Assembly: GCA_965213705.1 (NCBI GenBank)
Contig: OZ243913.1
Span: forward strand, 1,824,001 to 1,888,000
DNA: 64,000 bases
Origin: Trueperaceae bacterium
Lineage (GTDB): Bacteria > Deinococcota > Deinococci > Deinococcales > Trueperaceae
Reading direction: 5' to 3'
Below, in pieces: positions 46,670-56,983 of the stretch. Each line of letters opens with the position of its first letter. Position 1 is the stretch's first letter. The notes under the pieces are model-generated. The model was given only the letters and a program-made list of their open reading frames with translations. It did not search any database and was not told the origin of the DNA. A program made the translations under genes and the position numbers.

Positions 46670-46713
46670 ATTTTCGCACCGCCCCCTCAAACCCGCGTGC
46701 TAGGCTACGCGGG

Positions 46714-47610
46714 ATGATTTCTCTGCGCGTACCCGCGACGAGTGCCAACCTCGGCCCCGGCTTCGACGCGCTCGGGCTGGCGGTGTCGCTCTGGCTCGAG
46801 GTACAAGCAAAACTATCAAAAGCAGATTCTTTTCATTACCGGGGCGAAGGCGCGCTGCCCGACAGTGCCGACAACCTCATTCACAAAGGCTTTCTGACAG
46901 CTTATGCAGAAGTGGGCGAGCGAGTGCCCAAGGTCGCGTTCACCGTTGACAACCCCATCCCGCTCGCACGCGGTCTCGGCTCCTCGTCGGCGGCGCTCGT
47001 GGCGGGCATCGCCGCCGCGGACGGATTTTTGGGCGGCGCTTTGGGGCGCAACGGCGTTTTCCAACTTGCCGCCCGTTTGGAAGGCCACCCGGACAACGTC
47101 GGCCCGGCGGTCTACGGTGGCTTCACCGTGGCGGCGCGGCGCGAGGACGGGTCTTACCTCTGCGAAAGTTTACGGGTCCCCGAGTCCTGGCAACTCCTGT
47201 TCGGCGTACCCGACTTCGAACTGCCGACGAGCCGGGCTCGAGCGGTGTTGCCGGACAGCTATGCAAGGGCCGACCTCGTCTTTAACGCTGGCCGCACCGC
47301 CCTGTGGAGCCTCGCCGTCGCCCAGGACAAACCCGAGCTGCTGCGCGTCGCCTCGCAAGACCGGGTTCACGAACCCTTCCGCGAAGGTTTGGTGCCAGGC
47401 TTGGTGAGTTGCCGCGCGTCTCTTTTGGAGGCCGGGGCTTACGCCGCCTTCTTGTCCGGTGCCGGGCCGACGGTCGGGGTGGTGTGCGGCTCAGAAACCA
47501 AAGCGATTTGTCAAAGGGTGTTGCAAAGCTTTGTGGGTGAATCCGGCAAAGTCCTTGACCTAACGGCGGGGGAAGGCTACGCCGTTACCAAAAATTACGT
47601 TGTAGGTTGA
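46714..47610 (+). CDS. thrB: Homoserine kinase
   Basis: VPATSANLGPGFD, IPLARGLGSS, EGHPDN and SGAGPT motifs. Confidence 0.95.
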   Translation: MISLRVPATSANLGPGFDALGLAVSLWLEVQAKLSKADSFHYRGEGALPDSADNLIHKGFLTAYAEVGERVPKVAFTVDNPIPLARGLGSSSAALVAGIAAADGFLGGALGRNGVFQLAARLEGHPDNVGPAVYGGFTVAARREDGSYLCESLRVPESWQLLFGVPDFELPTSRARAVLPDSYARADLVFNAGRTALWSLAVAQDKPELLRVASQDRVHEPFREGLVPGLVSCRASLLEAGAYAAFLSGAGPTVGVVCGSETKAICQRVLQSFVGESGKVLDLTAGEGYAVTKNYVVG

Positions 47611-47623
47611 ATGTCGAAGTGGG

Positions 47624-48169
47624 TCACACGTCGAAAATATCTGCGACGTTCACCGTGGCTTCCAAACAAGCTACCTCCAACGAACCCGCCTCGAGCCGCT
47701 GTGAACGCCAACCGTTCACGCCGCGCACCACGTACTCGAGCACCCTCTCCTCGTGGTCGACCATCAGGTAGCCTTGCAAGGTCTCTATGGTTCGGTAAGC
47801 TTGCAACTTCTCACGTTTGTCGGTGGCATGGGTGCTCGGGGAATGAACTTCGGCGATAAAGCACGGGTACTGAAAAATTTTGTCGTCAGTATCACGCGGG
47901 TCGCAGAGCACCATCACGTCCGGGTAGTAATAGCGGTTCACGCTCGGAATCGAGAGCTTGACGCCTTCGAAAGCTATCCAACAGCCAGGGTCGCGGTTGC
48001 GCTCGAGCAGTAAAGCGTAAAGCTTGCCCGCAACCTGGTTGTGTCTGCGCGATTCGCCCGGCAAAGCGTAGACGAGGCCATCGACATATTCATGCCGCTC
48101 GCTCGAGTCCTCTTCAAAAGTCAGGTACTGCTGCGGCGTTACGAGCAGGTTGGGCGTGGTGGAGTCCAT
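47624..48169 (-). CDS. Uma2/DUF820-family putative endonuclease
   Basis: RHEYVDG, YYYPDVMV.C, P.FIAEVHSPST...D..EK..AY. Confidence 0.9.
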   Translation of the reverse strand: MDSTTPNLLVTPQQYLTFEEDSSERHEYVDGLVYALPGESRRHNQVAGKLYALLLERNRDPGCWIAFEGVKLSIPSVNRYYYPDVMVLCDPRDTDDKIFQYPCFIAEVHSPSTHATDKREKLQAYRTIETLQGYLMVDHEERVLEYVVRGVNGWRSQRLEAGSLEVACLEATVNVADIFDV

Positions 48170-48268
48170 GTTTTAAGTGTAGCAAAAGCTCGAGCTGTTC
48201 AGAAAAGTGGGGGCTCGAGCCCCAAAAAACTTGTCAAGCCCCGGCCAGTCACCTAAACTGGTTTTACT

Positions 48269-48559
48269 TTGGTACTTGAAACCGACCCCGCCGCAACCGA
48301 CGTGCAATTCGACGCCGACACCCTCACAGTTACCTTGGAGGACGGCAGGCAGCTCCGCGTCCCGCTCGCTTGGTATCCGCGTTTGGCAGCGGGGAGCGAA
48401 GTGGAGCGCGAACGCTGGGAACTTTTGGGGGACGGCTACGCCATAGAATGGACAGATTTAGACGAACACATCGGCATCGGAGGGCTTTTGGCGGGGCGCA
48501 AGAGCAGTGAGAGTCAGACTTCTTTTGAGAGGTGGTTGGAGGCGCGGAAGGCTGCTTAG
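48269..48559 (+). CDS. DUF2442-family protein (orphan; start uncertain)
   Basis: L.V.LEDGR.L.VPLAWYPRL...W...G.G.AIEW.DLDEHI.I.GLL. Confidence 0.85.
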   Translation: MVLETDPAATDVQFDADTLTVTLEDGRQLRVPLAWYPRLAAGSEVERERWELLGDGYAIEWTDLDEHIGIGGLLAGRKSSESQTSFERWLEARKAA

Positions 48560-48695
48560 GAGGTGGGCTCGAGTTTTTCCCTACTATCCGTTGCAGCAAC
48601 CCATAGGTTAAAATCTTCCTGTATGTTTCGTAATATCTTTACAAGCGCTTTATTAGACAAACATCTGACAATCAGTAGTTAGAGCGCTGTTGAAT

Positions 48696-48962
48696 ATGGT
48701 GGGAACCGAACTGGACAATCCATTGCTTCGGCGCTATTGGTTCAAAACCAAAGAGCATTTTGGCTTCGGCGTGACGGCTCATTCTCTGGACGATGCCAGA
48801 TATCTTGTTGAGGATACAGCCTGTAGCTTGGGCATGAATTATGAGGTACTTGAGGTTATCGAAGATGTTGATGTACGGACGCTCGAACAAAGTCATGTTG
48901 TGCCGAACACGGGCGCACCAAATTTCAGAGGCGTGTGGTTCCCCAATCTTAATCTGGAGTGA
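48696..48962 (+). CDS. Hypothetical protein carried on an integron-type gene cassette
   Basis: LRRYWF..GFGVTA.S.DDA...IEDVDV..L...HV.PN.G....GVWFP; GTTAG just upstream and attC-like site downstream. Confidence 0.7.
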   Translation: MVGTELDNPLLRRYWFKTKEHFGFGVTAHSLDDARYLVEDTACSLGMNYEVLEVIEDVDVRTLEQSHVVPNTGAPNFRGVWFPNLNLE

Positions 48963-48986
48963 GAAGGCTCTATTACACCACACGCA

Positions 48987-49090
48987 ACCTAACAACAGCA
49001 TGCACTCGACCGCGGACGGCGCAGCTTTTGTCCGTTAGCACGGATGCTTGTTTAGTTGTGTGCGTGGCGGGTAATGCCACAGCTTGCCAA
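48987..49090 (+). mobile_element. Degenerate integron attC site
   Basis: R'' ACCTAAC (RYYYAAC); GCATGCACTCGACCGCG pairs imperfectly with CGTGGCGGGTAATGC; R' GTT box degenerate. Confidence 0.65.
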
Positions 49091-49118
49091 ATTATACCTG
49101 GTCACCTAGACTGGTCAT

Positions 49119-49364
49119 GTGAAAACCATCAACGCCAGCGAGTTCAAGGCCAAGTGCCTCGCCATTCTCGACGAAGTTGCTCAGACCGGCGAGAGCGTCA
49201 CGATTCTCAAACGTGGTGAGCCTATTGCCCGCCTCATTCCACCCCTACCCGCTCAAAGCGTTTACCCGCAACACAACCTGCAAGGCAGCGGCGCAATCGT
49301 CGGTGACATTATCGAGCCGCCTTTACCGCCCGAAGCTTGGGACGCCGAGCGCGGGGAACTTTGA
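49119..49364 (+). CDS. Phd/YefM-family antitoxin
   Basis: MKTINASEFKAKCLAILDEV..TGE.V.ILKRG.P; TTGCCA-17-TAGACT then 6 nt to GTG. Confidence 0.92.
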   Translation: MKTINASEFKAKCLAILDEVAQTGESVTILKRGEPIARLIPPLPAQSVYPQHNLQGSGAIVGDIIEPPLPPEAWDAERGEL

Positions 49365-49756
49365 CTTACTTGCTGGACACTCACGTGTTGCTGCACTGGG
49401 TGTGGAAAGACCCGAAACTAAGTCACCAGCACGAGCGCGTTCTCGACGCAGCCAACGCGGACGAGCCCCTGCTCGTTTCCACCATCAGCTTGTGGGAAAT
49501 CGCCACTCTCTACAGCCTGAACCGCATCAACGTCCAAGTGCCCTTGCGCGACTTTCTCGAGCAGGCGACCGCGCCACCCCTGGTCAGGCGCGTCGACATC
49601 ACCCCTGCCATCGCTGCCGAGGTCGCCACCCTTCCGGACGCCTTTCACCGTGACCCAGGTGACCGGCTCATCGTGGCGACGGCCAAAGTCTTTAACGCGA
49701 CGCTGCTCACCGACGACCGCAGAATTATCGACGCCGGTTTGGTCTCAACCCTGTAA
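49361..49756 (+). CDS. vapC: VapC/PIN-domain toxin
   Basis: LLDTH, ISLWE and HRDPGDRLIVATA motifs. Confidence 0.92.
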   Translation: MTYLLDTHVLLHWVWKDPKLSHQHERVLDAANADEPLLVSTISLWEIATLYSLNRINVQVPLRDFLEQATAPPLVRRVDITPAIAAEVATLPDAFHRDPGDRLIVATAKVFNATLLTDDRRIIDAGLVSTL

Positions 49757-49836
49757 ACTCGGCAAGTTGTCATCTTGAGCAGCCAAACAAAAAGAAGGAC
49801 GGCTTTTGACCGTCCCTTTCAAGTGTTACGCGAAGC

Positions 49837-52416
49837 TCAGTTGAGCGCCGTCACCGGCTCCCGCGTCTCAAAAGTAAACCCTTGCGCGCCGGGCTCAACC
49901 CGCACGGTATCGCCGTCGTGAATCTCGCCCGCGATAATTCTCTTCGACAGCGGCGTCTCGAGCAGTTGCTGAATCGCCCGTTTTAAGGGTCGCGCGCCGA
50001 ACACCGGGTCGTAGCCGACGCGGGCGAGTTGCTCCATCGCGCCGCTCGAAAGCTCCAAGTGGATGCGCCGGTCGGCGAGCCGCTCGAGCACGCGCCCCAA
50101 CTGAATCCCCGCGATTTCCTGCACCTGCTCCTGGCCGAGCGCGTGGAACACAATCACGTCGTCGACGCGGTTCAAGAACTCGGGGCGGAACTGCTGTTGC
50201 AGCAGGTTGAAGACGGTCACCTTCATCGTGTCGTAGTCCGCGCCGCTCCGCGAGGCCTCCAAAATCTGCGGGCTACCGATGTTCGAGGTCATGATGATGA
50301 CCGTGTTGCGAAAGTCCACCGTGCGCCCGTGCGAGTCGGTGAGTCGGCCGTCGTCGAGGACTTGTAACAAGATGTTGAACACGTCCGGGTGCGCTTTCTC
50401 AATTTCGTCGAGGAGGATGACGCTGTACGGCCGACGGCGTACCGCCTCGGTGAGCTGCCCACCCTCGTCGTAGCCGATGTAACCCGGCGGCGCGCCGACG
50501 AGCCGCGCGACGGTGTGTTTTTCCATGTACTCGGACATGTCGAGGCGAATCATGTTGTCCTCGCTGTCGAACAGTTGCTGCGCGAGCGCCTTGGCGGTCT
50601 CGGTTTTACCAACGCCCGTCGGGCCTAAGAAGATGAATGAGCCGATGGGCCGGTTCGGGTCGGCGAGGCCCGCGCGTGAACGGCGAATCGCGTCGGCGAC
50701 GGCGATGATGGCCTCGTCCTGGCCGATGACGCGCTCGTGGAGTTCTTCTTCCAAGCGTAGCAGCTTCTCGCGTTCGCCTTCCATGAGTCGCGACAGTGGG
50801 ATGTTGGTCCAGCGGCTCACGACCTCGGCGACCTCGTTCTCGCCGACTTCTAAGCGGACGTATTTGGCGTTCTCGAGTTCCCTGGACAAGTCCCGCATCC
50901 GCGCCTCGAGCTTCGGCAATTGCCCATAACGCAACTCGGCAGCCTTGTTGAGGTCGTAGTCGCGCTCGGCGGCTTCGATTTGGGTTTTGACCCGGTCGAG
51001 TTCACTTTGAGCTTCGCGGAGCGCGTCCAGCTTTTGCCGCTCGGCTTCCCACTCGGACTGGGCCGCGTTCATCGCGTCTTCGATGCTGCGCAGTTCTTCC
51101 TCGATGCGCAACAAACGGTTGGCGGACTCCACGTCGTCCTCTTTTTTGAGGGCTTCTTGCTCGATTTGGAGTTGCAACTTGCGGCGCTTCAGCGTGTCGA
51201 TTTCCTCGGGCATACTTTCCAACTGCACCCGAATGCGGCTCGCCGACTCGTCGACGAGGTCGATGGCCTTGTCGGGCAGTTGTCTATCGGCGATGTAGCG
51301 CTGCGACAGCGTCGCCGCGGCGATAATCGCTGGGTCGGCGATGCGCACGCCGTGGTGAACCTCGTACTTTTCTTTGATGCCGCGCAGGATTGAAATGGTT
51401 TCCTCGACCGAGGGCTCGTCCACGACGATGGGCTGGAAGCGGCGCTCCAAAGCCGGGTCCTTTTCGATGTCGCGGTACTCGTTCAACGTCGTCGCGCCGA
51501 CCATGCGCAGTTCGCCGCGCGCCAGGGGCGGCTTGAGCATGTTGCCCGCGTCCACCGCGCCCTCGGCCTTGCCCGCGCCGACGATGGTGTGAAGCTCGTC
51601 GACGAAGAGGATGATTTCGCCCTTCGACTGGACGGTTTCCTGGATGACGGCTTTCAGGCGCTCCTCGAACTCGCCGCGGTACTTCGCGCCCGCGAGGAGC
51701 GAGCCCATGTCGAGCCCAATGACGCGCTTGCCCTGCAAGCCCTCGGGCACGTCTTTGTTGACGATGCGGAGCGCCAAGCCTTCGGCGATGGCCGTCTTGC
51801 CGACGCCGGGCTCGCCGATTAAGACGGGGTTGTTCTTGGTGCGGCGCAGCAGGATTTGGACGGCGCGGCGAATCTCCTCGTCCCGGCCGATGACCGGGTC
51901 GAGCTTGCCGTCGCGCGCCTGCTGGGTCAGGTCGATGCCGTAGCGCTCGAGCGATTCGAACGTGCTTTCGGCGGATTTGCTGTCCACGGTTCTACCCCCT
52001 CTGATGTCTTGGGCGGCGGCGGCGAGTGCCTTAAAATCGGGCAGTGCGCCCAAGTCTTTGCCGCCTTTGGCTTTGGCCGCCACCAGCAGCGTGTCGGCGG
52101 CGACGAAGCCGTCGCCCCACGTATTCGCCAGGCGCTCGCCCTCGTCGAAGACCGCCGCCATCTCGTTCGACATGTATTGCCCGTCCGCGCCGGACACTTT
52201 AGGCAAGCGGCTCAAGGCGGCGTCGACGGCGGCTTGGGCTTGTTTGAGGTCGCCCCCGGCCCGCTCCACGACGCGGGCGGCCGGGCCGTTCGGGTCGGCG
52301 ACGAGCGCGGCGACGAGGTGCAGCGGCGTGATGGTTTGGTTCTGGCGCGTGCGCGCGATTTGTTGCGCGCTTGCGACCAATTGCAAAGCTGTTTCGGTAA
52401 GTCTTTCAGCATTCAT
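49837..52416 (-). CDS. clpB: ATP-dependent disaggregase ClpB
   Basis: [20 protein letters not shown], coiled-coil middle domain, GPTGVGKT and GARPLKR. Confidence 0.96.
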   Translation of the reverse strand: MNAERLTETALQLVASAQQIARTRQNQTITPLHLVAALVADPNGPAARVVERAGGDLKQAQAAVDAALSRLPKVSGADGQYMSNEMAAVFDEGERLANTWGDGFVAADTLLVAAKAKGGKDLGALPDFKALAAAAQDIRGGRTVDSKSAESTFESLERYGIDLTQQARDGKLDPVIGRDEEIRRAVQILLRRTKNNPVLIGEPGVGKTAIAEGLALRIVNKDVPEGLQGKRVIGLDMGSLLAGAKYRGEFEERLKAVIQETVQSKGEIILFVDELHTIVGAGKAEGAVDAGNMLKPPLARGELRMVGATTLNEYRDIEKDPALERRFQPIVVDEPSVEETISILRGIKEKYEVHHGVRIADPAIIAAATLSQRYIADRQLPDKAIDLVDESASRIRVQLESMPEEIDTLKRRKLQLQIEQEALKKEDDVESANRLLRIEEELRSIEDAMNAAQSEWEAERQKLDALREAQSELDRVKTQIEAAERDYDLNKAAELRYGQLPKLEARMRDLSRELENAKYVRLEVGENEVAEVVSRWTNIPLSRLMEGEREKLLRLEEELHERVIGQDEAIIAVADAIRRSRAGLADPNRPIGSFIFLGPTGVGKTETAKALAQQLFDSEDNMIRLDMSEYMEKHTVARLVGAPPGYIGYDEGGQLTEAVRRRPYSVILLDEIEKAHPDVFNILLQVLDDGRLTDSHGRTVDFRNTVIIMTSNIGSPQILEASRSGADYDTMKVTVFNLLQQQFRPEFLNRVDDVIVFHALGQEQVQEIAGIQLGRVLERLADRRIHLELSSGAMEQLARVGYDPVFGARPLKRAIQQLLETPLSKRIIAGEIHDGDTVRVEPGAQGFTFETREPVTALN

Positions 52417-52424
52417 AGCATCAG

Positions 52425-52454
52425 ATTATAAAACCTGAGTGCATCTTTGTCAAG
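52425..52454 (-). promoter_or_regulatory. Consensus sigma-A promoter of clpB overlapped by a HAIR (HspR) operator
   Basis: Minus strand TTGACA-17-TATAAT then 8 nt to ATG; CTTGACA-N7-ACTCAGG versus HAIR CTTGAGT-N7-ACTCAAG. Confidence 0.85.
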
Positions 52455-52490
52455 TTTATTTAGTTTAACCTTTGTTGTAGCATATGGTTG

Positions 52491-53405
52491 ATGACTTCTT
52501 ATGAAGATGTTCAGAACTCTCTAAACTCGCAAGAAACCAAATTGAGTGATGCCCTGATAAAGCTCGAGAGTTACGCAACGAGCCAAGAGGACACATTTGT
52601 ATCTGAGTGGGCACGATTAGAGCTTGCCGGGTACGAAGGGCAAGACCTTACAAACTCTCTGCTTAGATTAGGTATTAGAAATAATCATGCAGAAACTTTC
52701 ATCAACATACTGGCTCCTTATAGAAGAAAATCTTCTGACACGCTGTTAGCCTCCGCTTTAGAAAACTCACTTTCTACTCTAAGTAAGCAAGTTACAGGAG
52801 AATTCCATTCACTACCAGCTCACTTGGATAGAAGATACATTTTGGATAGCGTAGTTAGCATCGAAGAAGAAAGTGCAACGATTATAGGCCGACAGAGCGC
52901 GACTTTTCTTTCAAGGGTGCGGACCGAAGCTAAACGTAATTTCCAAAGATTTTCACCTGTCTCTTATGCAGAACCTAGCTTCTCGCACGTTATTGATAAC
53001 AAAGAGCTTTCATCACTTCTCGAAAACAGATGGCGTGAAGCAAACATTACATTTAGGTCTGGAGCCTACCTGTCAACAATCGTGCTACTCGGTAGTATTT
53101 TGGAAGGAGTGCTTTTTAGCAAGGTTGAGCAAAATGTTACTCAGTCCAATCAAGCAAAAAGTATGCCGAAGAATAATGGTAAACCAAAAAGGATTAAGGA
53201 TTGCAGCCTCGAAGAAATGATAAATGTGTGTCACGAGTGTGGTTGGATTGACACCGATGTCAGAAACTTTTCGAAAGCCCTAAGAGATTATCGTAATTTG
53301 GTACATCCACGTGAACAATTGAAGAAAAGCTTACGTCCAGATGTAGGAATGTGCAACGTCTCTTTTGTGGCTGTGCAAGCTACAATTGAGGACTTATCAA
53401 AGTAA
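52491..53405 (+). CDS. AbiTii-like N-terminal domain plus HEPN-like C-terminal domain; candidate antiphage protein
   Basis: LSDALIK...EWARLELAGY; EA...GAYLSTIVLLGSILE..L and LRDYRNLVHP; strongly AT-rich versus the window. Confidence 0.7.
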   Translation: MTSYEDVQNSLNSQETKLSDALIKLESYATSQEDTFVSEWARLELAGYEGQDLTNSLLRLGIRNNHAETFINILAPYRRKSSDTLLASALENSLSTLSKQVTGEFHSLPAHLDRRYILDSVVSIEEESATIIGRQSATFLSRVRTEAKRNFQRFSPVSYAEPSFSHVIDNKELSSLLENRWREANITFRSGAYLSTIVLLGSILEGVLFSKVEQNVTQSNQAKSMPKNNGKPKRIKDCSLEEMINVCHECGWIDTDVRNFSKALRDYRNLVHPREQLKKSLRPDVGMCNVSFVAVQATIEDLSK

Positions 53406-54000
53406 AGGCTGAGTCGTTGCCGCTTGCCCTAAAATGAAGCTCGTTTTGCTGCTGAAATTCAAAGCGATACAGGAAACAAATAAAACAACTCCCTGTCACC
53501 TATTCTCGCTCTGTCGGTTCCCCTGTATAGGTGGATACGCGCTCGAGCCTCTAGTGGGAGAGGGAGTTGTCGGGTGAGGAAGTGCGTTGAATCCTTGTCT
53601 ATAAGTTACCTCCTTCGTTGCAAAAGTATACACTTTCTCCCGACCTCAGACTGAGAAAAACAAGCTGGTGCCCGCCTCAGAAAAACGCTATACTCGAAAA
53701 TTGTGCCACTCAAAATGCTCGCCCTATCCATGACTGACGGCCCGCCACTAATATCCGGCTAACTCGGCTCCCCTAAGCTGAACTTGGTCTTGGGAAAGGG
53801 GTCAAACCGTTTTTGCCGTTCGTTTGCGTGTGTGTAACGAGTAAAGTTTTAAAAGCGCAGTTTTTGGTGAAATGCGTGACGCTTCCCGCTTTGCCACGGT
53901 ACGGGTTCGCTTACACTCGACTTGGCTGTCGCGGCTTCTTGTTGGACGGATAAGGCGGAACCCTTTTGAAGGGCAGTTTGAATGGCGAGATGGTAAAGAC

Positions 54001-54657
54001 ATGACCGTACTGATTGTTGAAGACGAGGGGTTGTTGGCCCAGGTGTTGTTGAAGACGCTGACTCACGAGGGTTACCGGGCGGTGTGGGCGGACTCGCTCG
54101 AGGCAGCTTGGACCTTGCTCGCCGAGGTGGAGCCCGACCTCATCGCCTTGGATATTATGCTGCCCGAAGGAGAAGACGCAGGTTATGATTTTGCTCGTGA
54201 CTTGCGCGCCGGGGGCGTGAACGTGCCTATCTTGTTCGTCTCGGCGCGGGACACGGTCGAGGACCGGGTGACGGGCCTGGACTTGGGCGGCGACGACTAC
54301 CTCGTCAAGCCTTACAGTTTGGACGAGTTTATGGCGCGAACCCGGGCACTGCTCCGCCGCGAGGCGCAAACCAAACAAGCCGTTTTTCAACGTGGTCCCT
54401 TGGAAGTCGACTTCAAGATGCGCCGCACACTGTGGCAAAGCAGTGAGGTCAACTTGTCAGACCGCGAATTTTCGCTGTTGGAACAGTTCGCCCTCAACCC
54501 CGACCGCGTCTACACGCCCGACGAACTCCTCGACAAGATTTTCCCGGGGGCCGACTCGGGCACGCGGGTGGTGCGGGTCTACGTCCACTACTTGCGCCAA
54601 AAGCTCGGCCCCGAAGTCGTTACGACGGCCTCGGGCGGTTACCGGTTGGGTGTATGA
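54001..54657 (+). CDS. OmpR-family response regulator
   Basis: VLIVEDE, LDIMLP, GGDDYLVKP and VYVHYLRQKL...GYRL motifs. Confidence 0.92.
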   Translation: MTVLIVEDEGLLAQVLLKTLTHEGYRAVWADSLEAAWTLLAEVEPDLIALDIMLPEGEDAGYDFARDLRAGGVNVPILFVSARDTVEDRVTGLDLGGDDYLVKPYSLDEFMARTRALLRREAQTKQAVFQRGPLEVDFKMRRTLWQSSEVNLSDREFSLLEQFALNPDRVYTPDELLDKIFPGADSGTRVVRVYVHYLRQKLGPEVVTTASGGYRLGV

Positions 54658-55943
54658 TGAGTTTTCGCTGGCGTCTTATACTCGGGCTTGCCCTGACGGT
54701 GCTCACTACGGCTACGGTCTACGGCTTGCTCGGTTATTTTGTGTTCAGACAAGTTGTCAGCTCGAGCGTGGAAAAAAACTTCAGCGAGTTTCAAAACGCC
54801 ATTCGGAGTTCTCTCGACTTAACAGGCGAGCGCCCCAACTTTTTTCCGGAAGAGGGCGTCAGAGAAGTGCTGGACAAGTACAATTACGGCTTTCAGGTGG
54901 TCAAAAACGCTCAGATAGAGTTAGAGGGCGGCAGCGATGTGGAGCGTGGCCCGGACTGGCGCAACGCCGCGCTCGAGCTGGGTGACGGTTACCGGCTTGA
55001 ACTCGCCCTCAACGTTGCCGAGAACCGCAGCGCCCTGACCTCGTACGTGCAGACCGCGCTGCTCGCCGCGGTGCTGGTACTGGGCGTGGCAACCCTGCTG
55101 AGTTTGCTGCTGCAACGCTTTTTGCTGCGGCCTCTTCAAGACTTGCAGCGCGGTGTCGAGCAGCTGTCGCAGCAAGCCATCCCCCAGCCGGTCGCCGTGC
55201 CCGCCGGGAACGACGAGCTGAGCCGTTTGGCCCTGAGTTTCAACCGCATGACCGAGTCTTTGCAAGCGTTTTTAGAACGCGAGCGCAGCTTTACCCGCTA
55301 CGCGTCGCACGAACTGCGCACCCCCTTGAGCAACCTGCGCGTGTTGAGCGAAGGCGTTCAAAAAGAAATTCTGGAGCCGGACCTCGCTTGGTCGCAAATC
55401 GACGCGACCCTGGACCGCATGGAGGGGATTTTAAGCGGCCTACTCACCCTGACGCGGCAGCCCCAACTTCACTTGGAGCCGTTGGCGGTTGGGCCGACGC
55501 TCCGGCGTACCGTCTCAGGCCTCCACCCCCACGAACAGGCGCGGGTGCGTCTCCAGACCGCTGCGCCCGTTCACGTCATGGCGCAAGACGACCTGCTTAC
55601 CCGCGTACTCGCCAACTTGTTGCACAACGCGCTTCGGTACAGCAGTGGGGACGTGTCGGTCTGCGTCGAGGCGTTCAAGCAAGAGGTCCTTATCGAGGTT
55701 CGCGACTTTGGGCCGGGTGTGCCGGAACAGAGTTTGGCGCGGCTGGCGGAGCCCTTTTTCAGGCTCGACACGCGCAAAGGCGGCTTGGGTTTGGGTCTGG
55801 CCCTCGTCAAACACATCGTTCAAGCCCTCGGCGGCACCCTAACTTTCGCCAACGCCGCGCCCGGTCTGAGTGCGGTCGTCGGTCTGCCCAGGGTGGCCGC
55901 CCTCGAGACCGCCGCTACGCCCAAGGAAGTCGTTCATGCCTGA
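54654..55943 (+). CDS. HAMP-domain sensor histidine kinase
   Basis: Two TM segments, DELSRLA..FN.M, SHELRTPL, NLLHNALRY, D.GPG and GLGLGL. Confidence 0.92.
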   Translation: MMSFRWRLILGLALTVLTTATVYGLLGYFVFRQVVSSSVEKNFSEFQNAIRSSLDLTGERPNFFPEEGVREVLDKYNYGFQVVKNAQIELEGGSDVERGPDWRNAALELGDGYRLELALNVAENRSALTSYVQTALLAAVLVLGVATLLSLLLQRFLLRPLQDLQRGVEQLSQQAIPQPVAVPAGNDELSRLALSFNRMTESLQAFLERERSFTRYASHELRTPLSNLRVLSEGVQKEILEPDLAWSQIDATLDRMEGILSGLLTLTRQPQLHLEPLAVGPTLRRTVSGLHPHEQARVRLQTAAPVHVMAQDDLLTRVLANLLHNALRYSSGDVSVCVEAFKQEVLIEVRDFGPGVPEQSLARLAEPFFRLDTRKGGLGLGLALVKHIVQALGGTLTFANAAPGLSAVVGLPRVAALETAATPKEVVHA

Positions 55944-56874
55944 ATTTGGAAAGGTACTCACCCCAAAGTGGCTCGTGGGGCCAAAGTGGGTCTGGTTGCT
56001 GTGTGTGTTGCTCCTCGGCAACGCAATCAGTGCCGGGGCGACGACGACGGTCCACATTTCTTTCACCCAGACCGACAGCCCGAAGCAAAGTGGCCCGAAG
56101 CAAGAGGAAAAAGGCAAAAACAAGGATGAAAACAAGGGCAAAAACGAAGACAAAGAAAAAAGCGGTCAAGGCGACGCCGAGCCCGACCAAGAAAATACCA
56201 AAGACGACACCAAAAAACCTGATGAAAAAGACCCCGACAAAAAAGACCCCAAAGCCAGCAACAAGGCCACAAACAAAAAAGTAAAAAGTCAACCGTCAAC
56301 CGACCCCACTCGGGACGGAACAGCTGAAGCTACGGCCGGGAGCGCCGACGTTGCCCTGGGCAAGGGCGTTTTGCCCAACCCTATCGGCCGCACCAGTTCG
56401 GGCGACGGACGTTCTTTTGTCGGTGAGGTGAGCGTGAACGACGGCTCGAGCGTCCTTATCGGCGGCACCCGCGTCGAGGGCGAGTTGCGCTGGCTGAGCG
56501 TGCTGCGCGCGGGCATGTGGGCTGAGGCGTACGGTCACTGGGAAAACGACGTGTTCGTCGCCGACGACGTCGTCGTGCGCGAGGACAACGACTGGGCCTA
56601 CTACCGCGGACCTGCCGCCGCCCTCGGTGCGGACGTTCAGGGCACGGTCGAGGCGTGGACTGCCAAGGGCAACGAGGCGTTTGAAAGTGTTCGTTCCGCT
56701 CCCGACGATGGCGGTGCGGTGCGCTTGGTGGCCTACTTCGACGGTCAAGGTCTCGTCGCCGTCCCCCAAAATCTTCTACCCACCCTGTCAGGCGCTTCGG
56801 CGGGCTGGCTCGAGCTGAAAGGTCATTTCGACGGCGAGAAGGTCGTGTGGGAGAGCGCCGCGCCTTTTCCCTAA
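55936..56874 (+). CDS. Secreted hypothetical protein with K/D/E-rich low-complexity region and possible DUF5666-like OB-fold C-terminus
   Basis: Signal-like N-terminus, charged linker, W.E..G.W/F repeats; coupled to the kinase stop. Confidence 0.6.
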   Translation: MPEFGKVLTPKWLVGPKWVWLLCVLLLGNAISAGATTTVHISFTQTDSPKQSGPKQEEKGKNKDENKGKNEDKEKSGQGDAEPDQENTKDDTKKPDEKDPDKKDPKASNKATNKKVKSQPSTDPTRDGTAEATAGSADVALGKGVLPNPIGRTSSGDGRSFVGEVSVNDGSSVLIGGTRVEGELRWLSVLRAGMWAEAYGHWENDVFVADDVVVREDNDWAYYRGPAAALGADVQGTVEAWTAKGNEAFESVRSAPDDGGAVRLVAYFDGQGLVAVPQNLLPTLSGASAGWLELKGHFDGEKVVWESAAPFP

Positions 56875-56983
56875 GTCAAGAAAAACAACAAGGGCGACTC
56901 GTGAGTCGCCCTTCTTTGAGTTGGAAAGCGGAGTAGAACTAAGCGTTCGAGTGAGGTCTACAGGCTCGCGGCCTCGTAGACAT

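Noticed and set aside
53406..54000. IS element or ncRNA downstream of the AbiTii-HEPN gene
   Set aside because: Only a degenerate palindrome was seen; no transposase, terminal repeats or clear promoter-terminator unit.
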